Source: Desulfomonilia bacterium
GTDB taxonomy: Bacteria; Desulfobacterota; Desulfomonilia; UBA1062
DNA: 64,000 bases
Assembly (NCBI GenBank): GCA_050014195.1
Contig: JBEKDT010000017.1
Coordinates: 34,038-98,037 of the forward strand
Direction: 5' to 3'
Shown here: positions 10,780-21,165 of the stretch, in pieces
How positions within the stretch are numbered: the stretch's first letter is position 1
Layout of the letters: each line of letters starts with the position of its first letter
The notes under the pieces: generated by a model
The model's database searches: none
Told to the model about the DNA's origin: nothing
What the model saw: only the letters and a program-made list of their open reading frames with translations
Made by a program: the position numbers and the translations under genes

Positions 10780-11919
10780 ATGAAGAAAGTCATGATTGTT
10801 TTTGGCACAAGACCGGAAGCAATAAAACTTTGCCCCTTGGTGATAGCTCTGAAAAGAATTAATGAGAATTTCAAAGTGATAACGTGTGTAACGGCCCAGC
10901 ATAGAGAGATGCTTGACCAAGTCCTTGGTCTCTTTCATATAAGCCCCGAGTTTGACCTCAACCTCATGAAGAGCAATCAGACTCTGTTCCAGATCACAGT
11001 GAGCGTTCTCACCCAACTCCATGAGATTCTTAGCAGGGAGCCTATAGACATGATGATTGTGCAGGGCGACACTACGACCACGTTTGCCGCAGCGCTCTGT
11101 GCATACTACCACAAGATATCCATCGGCCATGTAGAAGCTGGCCTCCGTACATGGAATAAGTATTCCCCATACCCAGAAGAGATGAACAGAAAACTCACGA
11201 CCGGGCTTGCAGATCTTCACTTTGCACCAACGAAAAATAATAGTGAGAATCTTCTTGCCGAAGGGGTCCCGGAGGAAAGGATTATTGTCACCGGCAATAC
11301 GGTCATTGACGCGCTTCTCTGGGTTAGGGAGAAGATACGCAACGAAAGGAAGGAATTCCAGGAACTGAATGGAATTGACTTCACGAAGCGAATTGTACTT
11401 GTGACAGGCCACAGGAGAGAGAGCTTCGGACAGGGTATTGTTAATATCTGCAATGCCCTTAAGGACATTGCTTTTAGAAACCAAGATATCGAAATAGTAT
11501 ACCCGGTTCACCTAAATCCAAATGTATGGGAGCCAGTGAATTCCATTCTATCCGGTATTGGTAATATAAAGCTGATTGAGCCGTTGGACTATGAGCCTTT
11601 TGTTCTTCTCATGGATAAGTCATATCTAATCATTTCGGATTCCGGTGGCATACAGGAGGAGGCACCATCACTAGGAAAGCCAGTGTTGGTGACACGCGAC
11701 AAGACTGAACGTCCAGAGGCTCTAGCTACAGGGGCTGTCAAACTTATAGGCACGTCCAGGGAAAGGATCGTTACACAGGCACAGCAGCTCCTCGACGATC
11801 CTGAGACATATAAGCGTATGTCTATTATTCAAAATCCATATGGTGATGGCTATGCATGTGAGAGGATCATTGGAGCTATAAGCAACTATTTCTCGTTGCA
11901 TAACGAATCATTATTATAG
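10780..11919 (+). CDS. wecB: UDP-N-acetylglucosamine 2-epimerase (non-hydrolysing)
   Basis: It has 'MKKVMIVFGTRPEAIKLCPLV' and 'SDSGGIQEEAPSLGKPVLVTRDKTERPEA', which are hallmark motifs. Confidence 0.85.
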   Translation: MKKVMIVFGTRPEAIKLCPLVIALKRINENFKVITCVTAQHREMLDQVLGLFHISPEFDLNLMKSNQTLFQITVSVLTQLHEILSREPIDMMIVQGDTTTTFAAALCAYYHKISIGHVEAGLRTWNKYSPYPEEMNRKLTTGLADLHFAPTKNNSENLLAEGVPEERIIVTGNTVIDALLWVREKIRNERKEFQELNGIDFTKRIVLVTGHRRESFGQGIVNICNALKDIAFRNQDIEIVYPVHLNPNVWEPVNSILSGIGNIKLIEPLDYEPFVLLMDKSYLIISDSGGIQEEAPSLGKPVLVTRDKTERPEALATGAVKLIGTSRERIVTQAQQLLDDPETYKRMSIIQNPYGDGYACERIIGAISNYFSLHNESLL

Positions 11920-11922
11920 CAA

Positions 11923-13029
11923 ATGAATGTACTCCATATAATATCGGGAGACCTATGGGCAGGGGCTGAGGTTCAAGCAAATTCACTTGTTCTTTCATTA
12001 GCAAAGATTGAGAATTTTAACTTGCATGTTATTACCTTTAATAAGGGTATACTTGCTTTAAAACTGCATAGAGAAGGCATACCAGTTACCATTTTTGATG
12101 AGAATAAGCATTCAATGATCGCCTTGATTTTAGGATGTTTACAGGTAATGAAGACCTTTCAACCTGATATTGTACATGTTCATGGATTCAAGGAGAATCT
12201 CTTGGGAGGAATTGCTGCTAGGCTTGTTCAAGACAGGGTTATGATACGAACCCATCATGGTAAGGGTATGATCGGTTCCACGCAAAAATATAACATGATT
12301 GAGCGCTTCAATGCTAACTTTCTAACAAATAAAATTATTGCAGTTTCTCATGATCTCAAGAGGTTCCTGCAGGAGCACGGGCTTCCTGCTCCAAAGATCA
12401 CGGTTATACATAATGGTATAGAAGTGCATACCTCTGTCAATGATAAGATAATTAAGAAACTATGTGTGGAGTTGGGAATACCTGATGATATGAAGATTAT
12501 AGGCACTGTGGGGAGACTTGTCCCCATAAAAGATCATAAGACTTTTCTGTTTGGCGCAAAATTGATTTTGGAGAGCGAACCCAATGTAAGATTTGTGATT
12601 GTTGGTGATGGACCTCTGATGGCTGAGCTTAAAAAACAGTCCTATGAACTCGATATAGCGACACATGTATGTTTCACAGGATTCAGGGAAGATACGGATA
12701 TCCTACTAAACATGTTTGATGTGTTCTGCCTTACATCAATTCATGAAGGAATTCCCATGGCTCTACTCGAGGCCATGAGCCTTGGAAAACCCATTGTGGC
12801 CACACGTGTCGGTGGAATAAGTGAAGTGATTGATGATAATGGCAGTGGATTGCTGATTGACTCTGAAAATCCCCAATCTTTCGCTGATGCATGCATCAAA
12901 GTCCTGCGAGATAAAAACCTTAGGGCATCCCTTTCCGAACGAGCCGTTTCAGTGGTGAAGGAAAAATTTACCTTGGATGTTACTGTAAGGTTAACTCAAG
13001 ATCTATACCGGAGGGTTGTACAATCATGA
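11923..13029 (+). CDS. Glycosyltransferase family 1 (GT4)
   Basis: It has 'MNVLHIISGDLWAGAEV' and 'EGIPMALLEAMSLGKPIVATRVGGISEVIDDNGSGLL'. Confidence 0.8.
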   Translation: MNVLHIISGDLWAGAEVQANSLVLSLAKIENFNLHVITFNKGILALKLHREGIPVTIFDENKHSMIALILGCLQVMKTFQPDIVHVHGFKENLLGGIAARLVQDRVMIRTHHGKGMIGSTQKYNMIERFNANFLTNKIIAVSHDLKRFLQEHGLPAPKITVIHNGIEVHTSVNDKIIKKLCVELGIPDDMKIIGTVGRLVPIKDHKTFLFGAKLILESEPNVRFVIVGDGPLMAELKKQSYELDIATHVCFTGFREDTDILLNMFDVFCLTSIHEGIPMALLEAMSLGKPIVATRVGGISEVIDDNGSGLLIDSENPQSFADACIKVLRDKNLRASLSERAVSVVKEKFTLDVTVRLTQDLYRRVVQS

Positions 13030-14222
13030 ACATCCTCTATATCTGGGATGCAGATTACCCTTGGGATGTCCGGGTGGAGAAGATCTGTTCAACCTTGGCT
13101 AGTCATGGTCATAAAGTTCATATTGCTGCAAGGAACCTTAAAAGACTCCCGGAATATGAGATCAGTTCTGATCTGATGATCCATCGACTCAAAGCATGGC
13201 AAAATGCGAGAATGAATTATTTACTCTCGTTCCCTGCTTTTTTTAACCCAGTCTGGAGCCATTTCCTTGACAGGATCATCGGAGACAATGGTATTGATAT
13301 TATCATCGTCCGCGACCTCCCCATGGCCATCGCAGGAATTTGGGCAGGAAAGCGCCACAACATTCCTGTTATCTTTGATATGGCAGAAGATTATGTTGCC
13401 ATGGTATGGGATATCTGGAGAGCAAGGAAGTTTCAAGCGCTGAACTTTCTGGTAAGGAACCCCTATCTTGCAAAGCTCGTTGAAAATTACGTCTTCAAGA
13501 AGTCTGATCAAATTCTTGTTGTTGTAGAGGAGGCAAGAGACCTTGTCATTGCAAGAGGCGTGATGCCTGAAAAGGTGACAATAGTTGGCAACACTCCTGT
13601 CTTGGATGATTTCATTCAGGCCGATGTTGTTTCAAATGAAATTATTGATCAGATACGAAGCAGGCACTCTGTCATTTATACCGGAGGCATCCAAATGGGC
13701 AGGGGAATACAGGTGGTCTTCGATGCCATACCCGAGATTGTAAAGGAGATAGCCGATTTCCTTTTTGTGATTGTGGGAGATGGATATGCAACACCAATAC
13801 TTAAAGAGATGATGAGGGAAAAAAAAGTTCAGGACCATGTACTTTGGGTTGGCTGGGTTGACCATAAGTTTATTTTTGATTACATCAGAGCCTGCAAGGC
13901 AGGTATAATTCCTCATTTTACATCTGATCATGTGCACACAACAATCCCGAACAAAATATTTGACTACATGGGATTAGGTTTACCGGTGGTTTCCTCTGAT
14001 GCTGTACCTATGAAGAGGATTCTGGAACAGGAGATATGCGGTGTTACTTTTAAGAGTGGTGACCCAATAGAATTAGGAAGAGCTATCGTAAGTACATATA
14101 TGTCTGATGTTAACTATGGGATGAATGGAATCAGTGCAGTAAAAGAAAAATATAATTGGGCGGAAGATAAAGATAGATTACTTAAGGTTATATCAAGCAT
14201 AAAAAAGAAGAAGTTCAATTGA
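13026..14222 (+). CDS. Glycosyltransferase family 1 (GT4-like)
   Basis: The C-terminus 'TIPNKIFDYMGLGLPVVSSD…GVTFKSGDP' is GT1-like. It overlaps the upstream gene by ATGA. Confidence 0.7.
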   Translation: MNILYIWDADYPWDVRVEKICSTLASHGHKVHIAARNLKRLPEYEISSDLMIHRLKAWQNARMNYLLSFPAFFNPVWSHFLDRIIGDNGIDIIIVRDLPMAIAGIWAGKRHNIPVIFDMAEDYVAMVWDIWRARKFQALNFLVRNPYLAKLVENYVFKKSDQILVVVEEARDLVIARGVMPEKVTIVGNTPVLDDFIQADVVSNEIIDQIRSRHSVIYTGGIQMGRGIQVVFDAIPEIVKEIADFLFVIVGDGYATPILKEMMREKKVQDHVLWVGWVDHKFIFDYIRACKAGIIPHFTSDHVHTTIPNKIFDYMGLGLPVVSSDAVPMKRILEQEICGVTFKSGDPIELGRAIVSTYMSDVNYGMNGISAVKEKYNWAEDKDRLLKVISSIKKKKFN

Positions 14223-14299
14223 TAAAATCATGACATCAATAAGACGAGGTTTCTATTGTTGATATTCAAGTTACTTTATTATCATGAAACAAATGAGGA

Positions 14300-14423
14300 T
14301 TTGAAACCTTTGCACAACCCGGATAATTTGAGGTTTTTAAAAAATAATGCCATAAAGACTGTCAGAGAACAGTATTCAATTGATACAACCATTAGTAAAC
14401 TCATCTCACTGTATGGTGACTGA
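14300..14423 (+). pseudogene. Remnant of a GT1 glycosyltransferase C-terminus (gene scar)
   Basis: The non-initiated frame '…DLKPLHNPDNLRFLKNNAIKTVREQYSIDTTISKLISLYGD*' resembles a typical GT1 C-terminal tail. It lacks a start codon and an upstream domain. Confidence 0.35.
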
Positions 14424-14617
14424 ATATTGGCTTATCCAGATATACAGTATGACTATGTTGATACCATTCCGATATTATTACGCAAAGGCCTTATGTGACA
14501 TTAAGCCGAATGATGGACTGGAAAGGGTCGTTAAGCGAATGAAATGATCAAGATTCAGAAATGGGAATTCGAAGTACAAAAGATTCTCGCTAATTGACCG
14601 GGAAAGTCGAAGAACCA

Positions 14618-16138
14618 ATGCGTGTTAAGAATTGGGAAATGAAAGAGCAATCAGATACCGTGGAGGTATCCGCAGATGTAGACGGCTTTCGCCTGTGGTT
14701 CCGATCACCAAAGTCCTATCCAGTTTCAAGAACAGGCGATCCCTTCCTGGCATCCGCGCTTCTTCCGGCGATGCGCCAAGGAGAGAAGCTTGAGTTTGAC
14801 CCACGCCTGCCCGTTTCCCCGAAGTTACTGAGAAATGCTTTTGTGCTCCAGGAAATTTTCCATTCCTGGAATCCTGAAGAATTGAGAATGATCCCCGTCA
14901 GCGCTAAGACATCACCTGCCGAGCCGCTTAATACTGGCGCCATGTCCTTCTTCTCGGGAGGCGTGGACAGCATGTACACTTTTCTGAAGCGTAAGAATGA
15001 GCTCAGCCATGTGGTTAATATATATGGATTCGATTTCTTCTTCAACAGCGGGGATGCCTCGACATTCTCGGTTGCTGACCTCAAAGACTTGGCGCATTTC
15101 GCATGGAAGCTGATGTTACCGGTTGGCCCGGTGTCTGCCTACTTAAAGGGCATGCTCTCGAAAACAACGCTGCAAACTCTATCAAATTACGTAGATTCGG
15201 GCTCAGATCCAGGAGCAGTGGAAACAAGTCTGGTAGAGGATCTTAACAAGATCATCTCCGGGCAGTTGATCTACGACAGAAAGCGCTTTGCGGGTGTCAA
15301 CTTGCGGCCGCAAACAAGACATTTTATGTCGCGGGACCTGAAGGGAGAGGACCTGAGCGGCCTGAACCGGCTTCTTCTGGAGGACGCTTATCCACGTGAA
15401 ATATCGGGAAAGTATAATGGAGCCTACCAGACGGCCATCGAGCGCAACACCTGCTTCGTTCAAAGCTTTGGGAAGACCCTCGTCCCTGTCGAGAATAATC
15501 ATTATGCTTTTGGATATCGCTACAATCTGAGTAGAAATTTAACACAGGGAAGTGCCTTGGCCAGTGTCGCGCTTCTCCTTGGGTTTCCTCAAGTCTATGT
15601 GCCATCTGCTTATACTTACAGGCAGCTATGTCCTTTGGGTTCGCACCCGCTGACGGATGGGCTATGGTCGAATGAATGTGTAGAAATCATACACGATGGC
15701 TGCGAGGCGGGACGGACAGATAAGCTCAAGATGATATGCGAATGCGAATCAGCTCTTACGAATTTAAGGGTCTGCTTCGATAATGTGAATATCAATTGTG
15801 GAAAGTGTGCAAAGTGTTTGCGCACAATGATGCCCCTAAAATTGCTTCGTGCCTCTGCCGCCCCTTTCCCAACTCTTCCTTCCCTCAAAGTAATTCGGAA
15901 AAGCCGTATCTCTGATGATATCGAAACGAGCTTCTTCAAGGAGACGGTCGACCTTGCTTTGCAGACAGGAGACCAAGAAATGCGGTATGCTTTATGCGCA
16001 TGTATGAAAAGGAATGAACTATTAAAGCTCCTAATAGATCTCGATAAGGTGCTCCTGGGGGGATTCATCAAGCGTGCATATCGAAGAATAGTGCCTGGTA
16101 TAGGGATCCGTCGAATTGATACTACCCCGAGAGATTGA
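14618..16138 (+). CDS. PP-loop ATP pyrophosphatase superfamily protein with a C-terminal Cys cluster; putative amidotransferase/amide ligase
   Basis: It has an SGGxDS motif in 'SFFSGGVDSMYTF' and a Cys cluster 'CFDNVNINCGKCAKC' (C-x7-C-x2-C-x2-C), reminiscent of QueC/ExsB-type zinc sites. There is no glutaminase domain. The track start at 14594 is a TTG; the first ATG is at 14618. The gene is GC-richer than its neighbours. Confidence 0.5.
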   Translation: MRVKNWEMKEQSDTVEVSADVDGFRLWFRSPKSYPVSRTGDPFLASALLPAMRQGEKLEFDPRLPVSPKLLRNAFVLQEIFHSWNPEELRMIPVSAKTSPAEPLNTGAMSFFSGGVDSMYTFLKRKNELSHVVNIYGFDFFFNSGDASTFSVADLKDLAHFAWKLMLPVGPVSAYLKGMLSKTTLQTLSNYVDSGSDPGAVETSLVEDLNKIISGQLIYDRKRFAGVNLRPQTRHFMSRDLKGEDLSGLNRLLLEDAYPREISGKYNGAYQTAIERNTCFVQSFGKTLVPVENNHYAFGYRYNLSRNLTQGSALASVALLLGFPQVYVPSAYTYRQLCPLGSHPLTDGLWSNECVEIIHDGCEAGRTDKLKMICECESALTNLRVCFDNVNINCGKCAKCLRTMMPLKLLRASAAPFPTLPSLKVIRKSRISDDIETSFFKETVDLALQTGDQEMRYALCACMKRNELLKLLIDLDKVLLGGFIKRAYRRIVPGIGIRRIDTTPRD

Positions 16139-16641
16139 GCAGGATTTTCAGCTGGTATGTTGTTGGCTGCATGGCCTCTGCTTTGCAAAATTGCATGAAT
16201 GAAGGGGGAGTCCTTCCTGTGATCAATTTGGACTTGATCGCTATGAGCCTACCACCACTTGAGGCCCTTGAACAATTCCCATTGTGGCAAAACTTGGTTA
16301 GGAGCTGATATTCGACAATAATGGCATTTAATCCAATGATATCATTGCATTAAAATTGATATATTTTCTCTATCTTGAAATTCATGGGGAGTGCTGGAAT
16401 GGGATATAAGGAAACTTTTGCACAGCTCACCGGTGATTAGACGCAGATTTGGAGCTGATAATCTGTGATAACAGCAATTATCCAATTGATATTATTAATG
16501 ATAACTGGTAGTCTTACTTATCATTTAATCTCGTTTAGGGTTAATTCCCACGCTGCTTGCTGCGAAGGCATATTCTTTATAAAAAAATTTGAACCCTATA
16601 GCTTGCTGCAGGGTAGTTCAAAATGAAACAATTGAGGACTT

Positions 16642-18396
16642 ATGAAAAAATTTACATTTAATCTGTTTCACGGGCAGAAGCCCTCCAATAATCAGGAATT
16701 TATAAAATGTTTCCCTACCTGGTGGTACTATACTGAAGGAATACCTGTAAAAGCAGGTGACTTAAATGGAAATGCTAAGTGGCTTCTGGCGGGTCGGCTC
16801 TTAAATGATCAGGATCCGAGTAAAATTATAGATTATTTTTATAGGCGACGTGATTACGAGTATCTATATCAAATTGATGGCCAGTTCATTTTTATTCTGT
16901 ATTTTGAGAATGATGGAAGCGTTGAGATATATCGCGACCGTATTGGTACATTCCCAATTGCATATGCACAAGGTCGAAATGGTATTGCCATATCTGTAGA
17001 TATTAATGACGTAAAGGATATGACCGGTATAGTTCCTTCACCATCAACCGGTATCTTTGAACAATGGCCATTATATCGCAAAACATTTGCACCGGTTTCA
17101 CCATTTTATGAAATTCATACCCTTGCCCCGGAGCATTCTTTACGTATCACAGGCTCTTCTTTTAATGAGATCAGTCACCCCATGTGTTTCCCTACTGAAG
17201 AAGAATATCCTGATATGAATATATCGAGCCAGGTCTTAGGTGACGTACTTTCACGATCGATCCAGAAGAGAATTGAGATTTCAAAGAGAATGGGGGTCTT
17301 TCTCAGCGGGGGGAATGATTCCAGTTTGATTGTGGCAATTGTTAGAAAGTTCTATTTAAAAAAACTGAGAACACTCTTTGTCACATTTGAAGATAACCCT
17401 AGGGATTATGGTCATCATGCCCAGGAGGTAGCCGACAGGTTCGGCACCGATCATTCTTCTGTCACATTGAGCCCGAGAGACTATGTTGGAGTCTGGGCAG
17501 ACACGATTAAAGTGCTGCAAACGCCTGTTCCTATGCCGTGTCATATAGGGATTCATCATGCCTTAAAAATGCTTTCAGGTGATGTTGATTTGATGATTGA
17601 TGGCGATGGTGCTGATACGGTTTTTGGAAGCTCAATATGGCCAGAGATGATATTTTTATCACGTATTAATAGATTTATCCCAACATACCTGAAAGATGGT
17701 ATCGGAAGATTGGCACATTCAATGTCTTGTAATACGACCATAGTGCGAATAGCGGAGATGATTAAGACGGCCCTTAATTCTTCTCTCTATGAATACCCCC
17801 ATGTAAATGCAGCAATGATTTCTGAAAGTGAATTCAATCAGATCTTTCTAAGAGGTGACTGGCAACAGGCAGTTCATTTCAGACAAGGCTTCGCAAGGGG
17901 TGATTTCTATAAAGGATTGTTTTCTTATCTTATGTTGCATGGTATACCGGAAGATCTCGCCACCACTGTCCGCTTGGGTTTGTCGCAGGGCATTTTCTTT
18001 GCGTATCCTTTCTTGGATTATGGTTTATTGCAGGCATCAATGCGATTGCCCAATAAACATCGGTATCATTACCGCATCCGTAAGGCGCCTTTGAAAAAAT
18101 ATTCTTTGAATTATTTCGACAAGGATTTCGTATATAAACCAAAGGAAGGTTTCGGTGTTCCTCTTGCTTCATGGTTCACGAAGAAAGAATTTGAGCCTTT
18201 CCTGATGCTGCCTCTCGAAGAGCGCAGCTTAAAACGTGGGTGGTGGAAGGAACTCGAGTTAAAGAGGATAATAGATTTGCACCGGAGGGGAGAGGGCAAT
18301 GACAGTTCAGCAGAGGCTATACCATGGATTGTAATCAATTTGGAATTATGGGCTCGTATATGTATCGATGGGGATTCTCCGAGTCAGTATAAATAA
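16642..18396 (+). CDS. Asparagine synthetase-like PP-loop protein lacking the N-terminal Cys nucleophile
   Basis: It has a PP-loop 'GVFLSGGNDSSLIVAI'. An AsnB-like N-domain remnant, 'IDGQFIFILYF…YRDRIGTFPIAY', is present, but the protein begins MKKFTF with no Cys2. There is an in-frame stop 3 codons upstream. Confidence 0.7.
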   Translation: MKKFTFNLFHGQKPSNNQEFIKCFPTWWYYTEGIPVKAGDLNGNAKWLLAGRLLNDQDPSKIIDYFYRRRDYEYLYQIDGQFIFILYFENDGSVEIYRDRIGTFPIAYAQGRNGIAISVDINDVKDMTGIVPSPSTGIFEQWPLYRKTFAPVSPFYEIHTLAPEHSLRITGSSFNEISHPMCFPTEEEYPDMNISSQVLGDVLSRSIQKRIEISKRMGVFLSGGNDSSLIVAIVRKFYLKKLRTLFVTFEDNPRDYGHHAQEVADRFGTDHSSVTLSPRDYVGVWADTIKVLQTPVPMPCHIGIHHALKMLSGDVDLMIDGDGADTVFGSSIWPEMIFLSRINRFIPTYLKDGIGRLAHSMSCNTTIVRIAEMIKTALNSSLYEYPHVNAAMISESEFNQIFLRGDWQQAVHFRQGFARGDFYKGLFSYLMLHGIPEDLATTVRLGLSQGIFFAYPFLDYGLLQASMRLPNKHRYHYRIRKAPLKKYSLNYFDKDFVYKPKEGFGVPLASWFTKKEFEPFLMLPLEERSLKRGWWKELELKRIIDLHRRGEGNDSSAEAIPWIVINLELWARICIDGDSPSQYK

Positions 18397-18463
18397 AATA
18401 TGGAAGATAATTATAAAAAATCTTAAGTAGATACAAGGACTGCTTCTAGAAAAGGTAGATAAA

Positions 18464-19600
18464 ATGAAGATTGGTATTATACGAACTTCGCATAAGGAAA
18501 ATGAACGTCGTGTCCCGATATATCCGGAACACTTACCATGGATTGACCTTGAGTTGAGGAAACATCTTGTTTTCGAGAGTAATTATGGGCAGGATTATGG
18601 CTTTTCAGATGAATATTTTATTCGACATCAATCAAGTTTGTCTGACCGCCAGGGACTATTTAAGACATGTGATATGTTAATTCTACCGAAACCTATTCTT
18701 CAAGATTATGAACAGATGAAGGAATTTCAGACAATATGGGGATGGCATCATTGTGTCCAGGGTAGGAAAATTTCCCAGGCAGCAATTGATCGAAAATTGA
18801 CTTTGATTGCCTGGGAGGCCATGCACCAATGGAGTAAAGGCGGAGAACGCCTTATGCACTCTTTTTATAAAAACAATGAAATAGCTGGTTACTCTGCTGT
18901 TCTACACGTCTTGGAGTTGCTGGGTGTTGATGGGCACTATGGACCGAGGAAAAATGTTATTATTATTGGATACGGTTCAGTCAGTCGCGGAGCAATCTAT
19001 GCTCTTCAGGGAAGAGGATACAATAATATTCATGTCTATACCCGACGCCCAGTACATTTAGTAGCAGATCAGAATCCCGATGTGTATTATCATCATCTAG
19101 AAGTTGCACCAAATGGTCAGATGTTTGGGGTCCATAATGATAGATCAAGACGTCCTTTCGTTGAAGAACTTGCTGAAGCAGATATTATCTGCAATGGTAT
19201 TCTTCAGGATACAGATAATCCTCTGATATTTGTAGATGAAAAAAATATTGATCTTCTAAAACCTCGGTCTGTAATTATTGATATCAGTTGCGATGAGGGT
19301 ATGGGCTTTTCTTTTGCACGTCCAACGACATTTAAAGACCCCATTTTTTCAGTAGGACAAAATATCACTTACTATTCCGTTGACCATATTCCATCTTATC
19401 TTTGGAATGCGGCCTCAAGGGAAATTTCAAGAGTTGTGCTATCTTTTCTGCCGATTTTAGCCGGGGGAATTCAATCCTGGTGTGAATGTGAGACTGTTAA
19501 AAAAGCCATTGAGATACGTAATGGCGTTATACAAAACCCCAAAATACTGTCATTTCAGAATCGACAAGAGGAATATCCACACCTAGAAGTAATTACATAA
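18464..19600 (+). CDS. N5-(1-carboxyethyl)-L-ornithine synthase homologue (AlaDH/PNT superfamily, opine-forming NAD(P)H reductase)
   Basis: Segments recalled from memory match Lactococcus CeoA in order: 'MKIGIIRTSHKENERRVPIYPEHL', 'IWGWHHCVQG', the Rossmann motif 'NVIIIGYGSVSRGAIYA', 'ADIICNGI', and 'IIDISCDEGMGFSF…FKDPIF'. Confidence 0.6.
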   Translation: MKIGIIRTSHKENERRVPIYPEHLPWIDLELRKHLVFESNYGQDYGFSDEYFIRHQSSLSDRQGLFKTCDMLILPKPILQDYEQMKEFQTIWGWHHCVQGRKISQAAIDRKLTLIAWEAMHQWSKGGERLMHSFYKNNEIAGYSAVLHVLELLGVDGHYGPRKNVIIIGYGSVSRGAIYALQGRGYNNIHVYTRRPVHLVADQNPDVYYHHLEVAPNGQMFGVHNDRSRRPFVEELAEADIICNGILQDTDNPLIFVDEKNIDLLKPRSVIIDISCDEGMGFSFARPTTFKDPIFSVGQNITYYSVDHIPSYLWNAASREISRVVLSFLPILAGGIQSWCECETVKKAIEIRNGVIQNPKILSFQNRQEEYPHLEVIT

Positions 19601-19711
19601 TAATGTGTTAACATCCCCAATAATAACCATATTTGATGCTATTGGGTGTCTCGCTGAAGACCATTCTTTTGCATCATACAAAATAGGGAATTAAGCAGTA
19701 GCCAAAGATAT

Positions 19712-21049
19712 ATGCATCCATTCATAGCCAAACATCTCATTTATTATCCAATCCAGCTCCTTAGGGGCCAGATAGTCAGAAGATATAAACACCGGGTTAT
19801 CTCCTGCCAAATTGCACCTACCAAAGTGATTTATGAAATCCGTGATAAGAAGATATGTGACCTGATCAAGTATGCCTATAACTATATTCCCTACTATCGT
19901 GAAAAATTTGATGAGCGAGATATTAATCCAGACCGGATCAAAGGATTTAATGATCTGTCATGTCTTCCAATACTGTCTAAGCTTGATATTTTGACTAATG
20001 AACATAATCTCATTTCACACAATTGTAGCCAAAAACTGTATACCAGAAAAACCAGCGGATCGACCGGAATGACCCTCCACTTTCAGAAAGAGGCCAGGGC
20101 ACTGGCGCTCAATGATGCCGTCATGTACCGCTGCTATGCATGGTATGGTATCGATATCGGGGATAAACAAGTTAGGTTCTGGGGGGTGCCGGTAGACCCC
20201 GCTCTGAGACGAAGGGAAAAGGTCAAAGACTTCATCCTAAACAGGATCAGGATCTCGGCTTTCGATATCTCCGAGCAATCCTGTCTGGCGCAGTACCAGA
20301 GAATAAAGCGGTTTAGGCCGGCATATTTTTACGGTTATACTACCGCCATCTACGGTTTCTGCTCCTTTGCACAGAAGCTCGGCCTTGACCTTAATACACT
20401 TGGTCTGAGGGCCGTCATCTGCACTGCTGAGAAGATGTACCCGCATCATCAGGATCTTTTCGATAAGGTGTTCAAATGCCCTGTGGTTGATGAATACGGT
20501 TCCAGCGAGAACGGCATCATCGCCTTCCAGTGTAAAGAGGGGAGCATGCATGTGATGGCGGATCATCTGGCCGTTGAATTTGTAGATGAAGCCGGGCAGA
20601 GGGTTAAACCCGGCGAGCTTGGAAGGATTGTTATAACGGATCTCAATGGATACGCCATGCCCCTTATACGGTATGAGATAGGCGATATGGGAAGGTATAC
20701 GGAACAAGCATGTTCATGTGGAGTAACTTTGCCGGTGATGGACATCATTGAAGGGCGCAAAGAGGATTTCATCCGGACCCGGGAAGGAAAGCTCATCCAT
20801 GCGGCCTACCTCTGTTATACCCTGAAGGATGACGCCGTCCATGAATTCAAAATGTATCAGAAGGATCTCAACAGGTTTCTTGTCCAGATAGTCAAATCGA
20901 ATAAGTTTAATGCAGACTCCCAGAAGAAGCTCGAACATAAACTCAGGACAGCCCTGGGGGATAGCGTAGTTTTTGAGTTCCAGTTTCTGGAAAGGATTCC
21001 GAGAGAGGCATCAGGCAAGCTCAGATATTTCATCTCTGAAATCCGGTAA
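19712..21049 (+). CDS. Phenylacetate-CoA ligase-like adenylate-forming enzyme (CapK/PaaK family)
   Basis: It has the AMP-binding P-loop 'TRKTSGSTGMTLHF'. Its size and context match CapK-type capsule-locus ligases. Confidence 0.65.
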   Translation: MHPFIAKHLIYYPIQLLRGQIVRRYKHRVISCQIAPTKVIYEIRDKKICDLIKYAYNYIPYYREKFDERDINPDRIKGFNDLSCLPILSKLDILTNEHNLISHNCSQKLYTRKTSGSTGMTLHFQKEARALALNDAVMYRCYAWYGIDIGDKQVRFWGVPVDPALRRREKVKDFILNRIRISAFDISEQSCLAQYQRIKRFRPAYFYGYTTAIYGFCSFAQKLGLDLNTLGLRAVICTAEKMYPHHQDLFDKVFKCPVVDEYGSSENGIIAFQCKEGSMHVMADHLAVEFVDEAGQRVKPGELGRIVITDLNGYAMPLIRYEIGDMGRYTEQACSCGVTLPVMDIIEGRKEDFIRTREGKLIHAAYLCYTLKDDAVHEFKMYQKDLNRFLVQIVKSNKFNADSQKKLEHKLRTALGDSVVFEFQFLERIPREASGKLRYFISEIR

Positions 21050-21165
21050 CGATTACAGAGAATAATCCAGCAGGCAAAAGGCATAACCTGATAATCATAT
21101 AAAAAGCTCAACAAGGCCATTGCGGATGACGTTCAAGAAGGAAAAAAGAGGAGCAGGGAACCGCG

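Noticed and set aside
10753-11511. 252-aa ORF on the minus strand
   Set aside because: It lies entirely antisense to the well-supported wecB gene and has no motifs. It is a shadow ORF.
20237-20938. Several 74-156-aa minus-strand ORFs
   Set aside because: They are antisense to the CapK-like gene, low complexity and without motifs.
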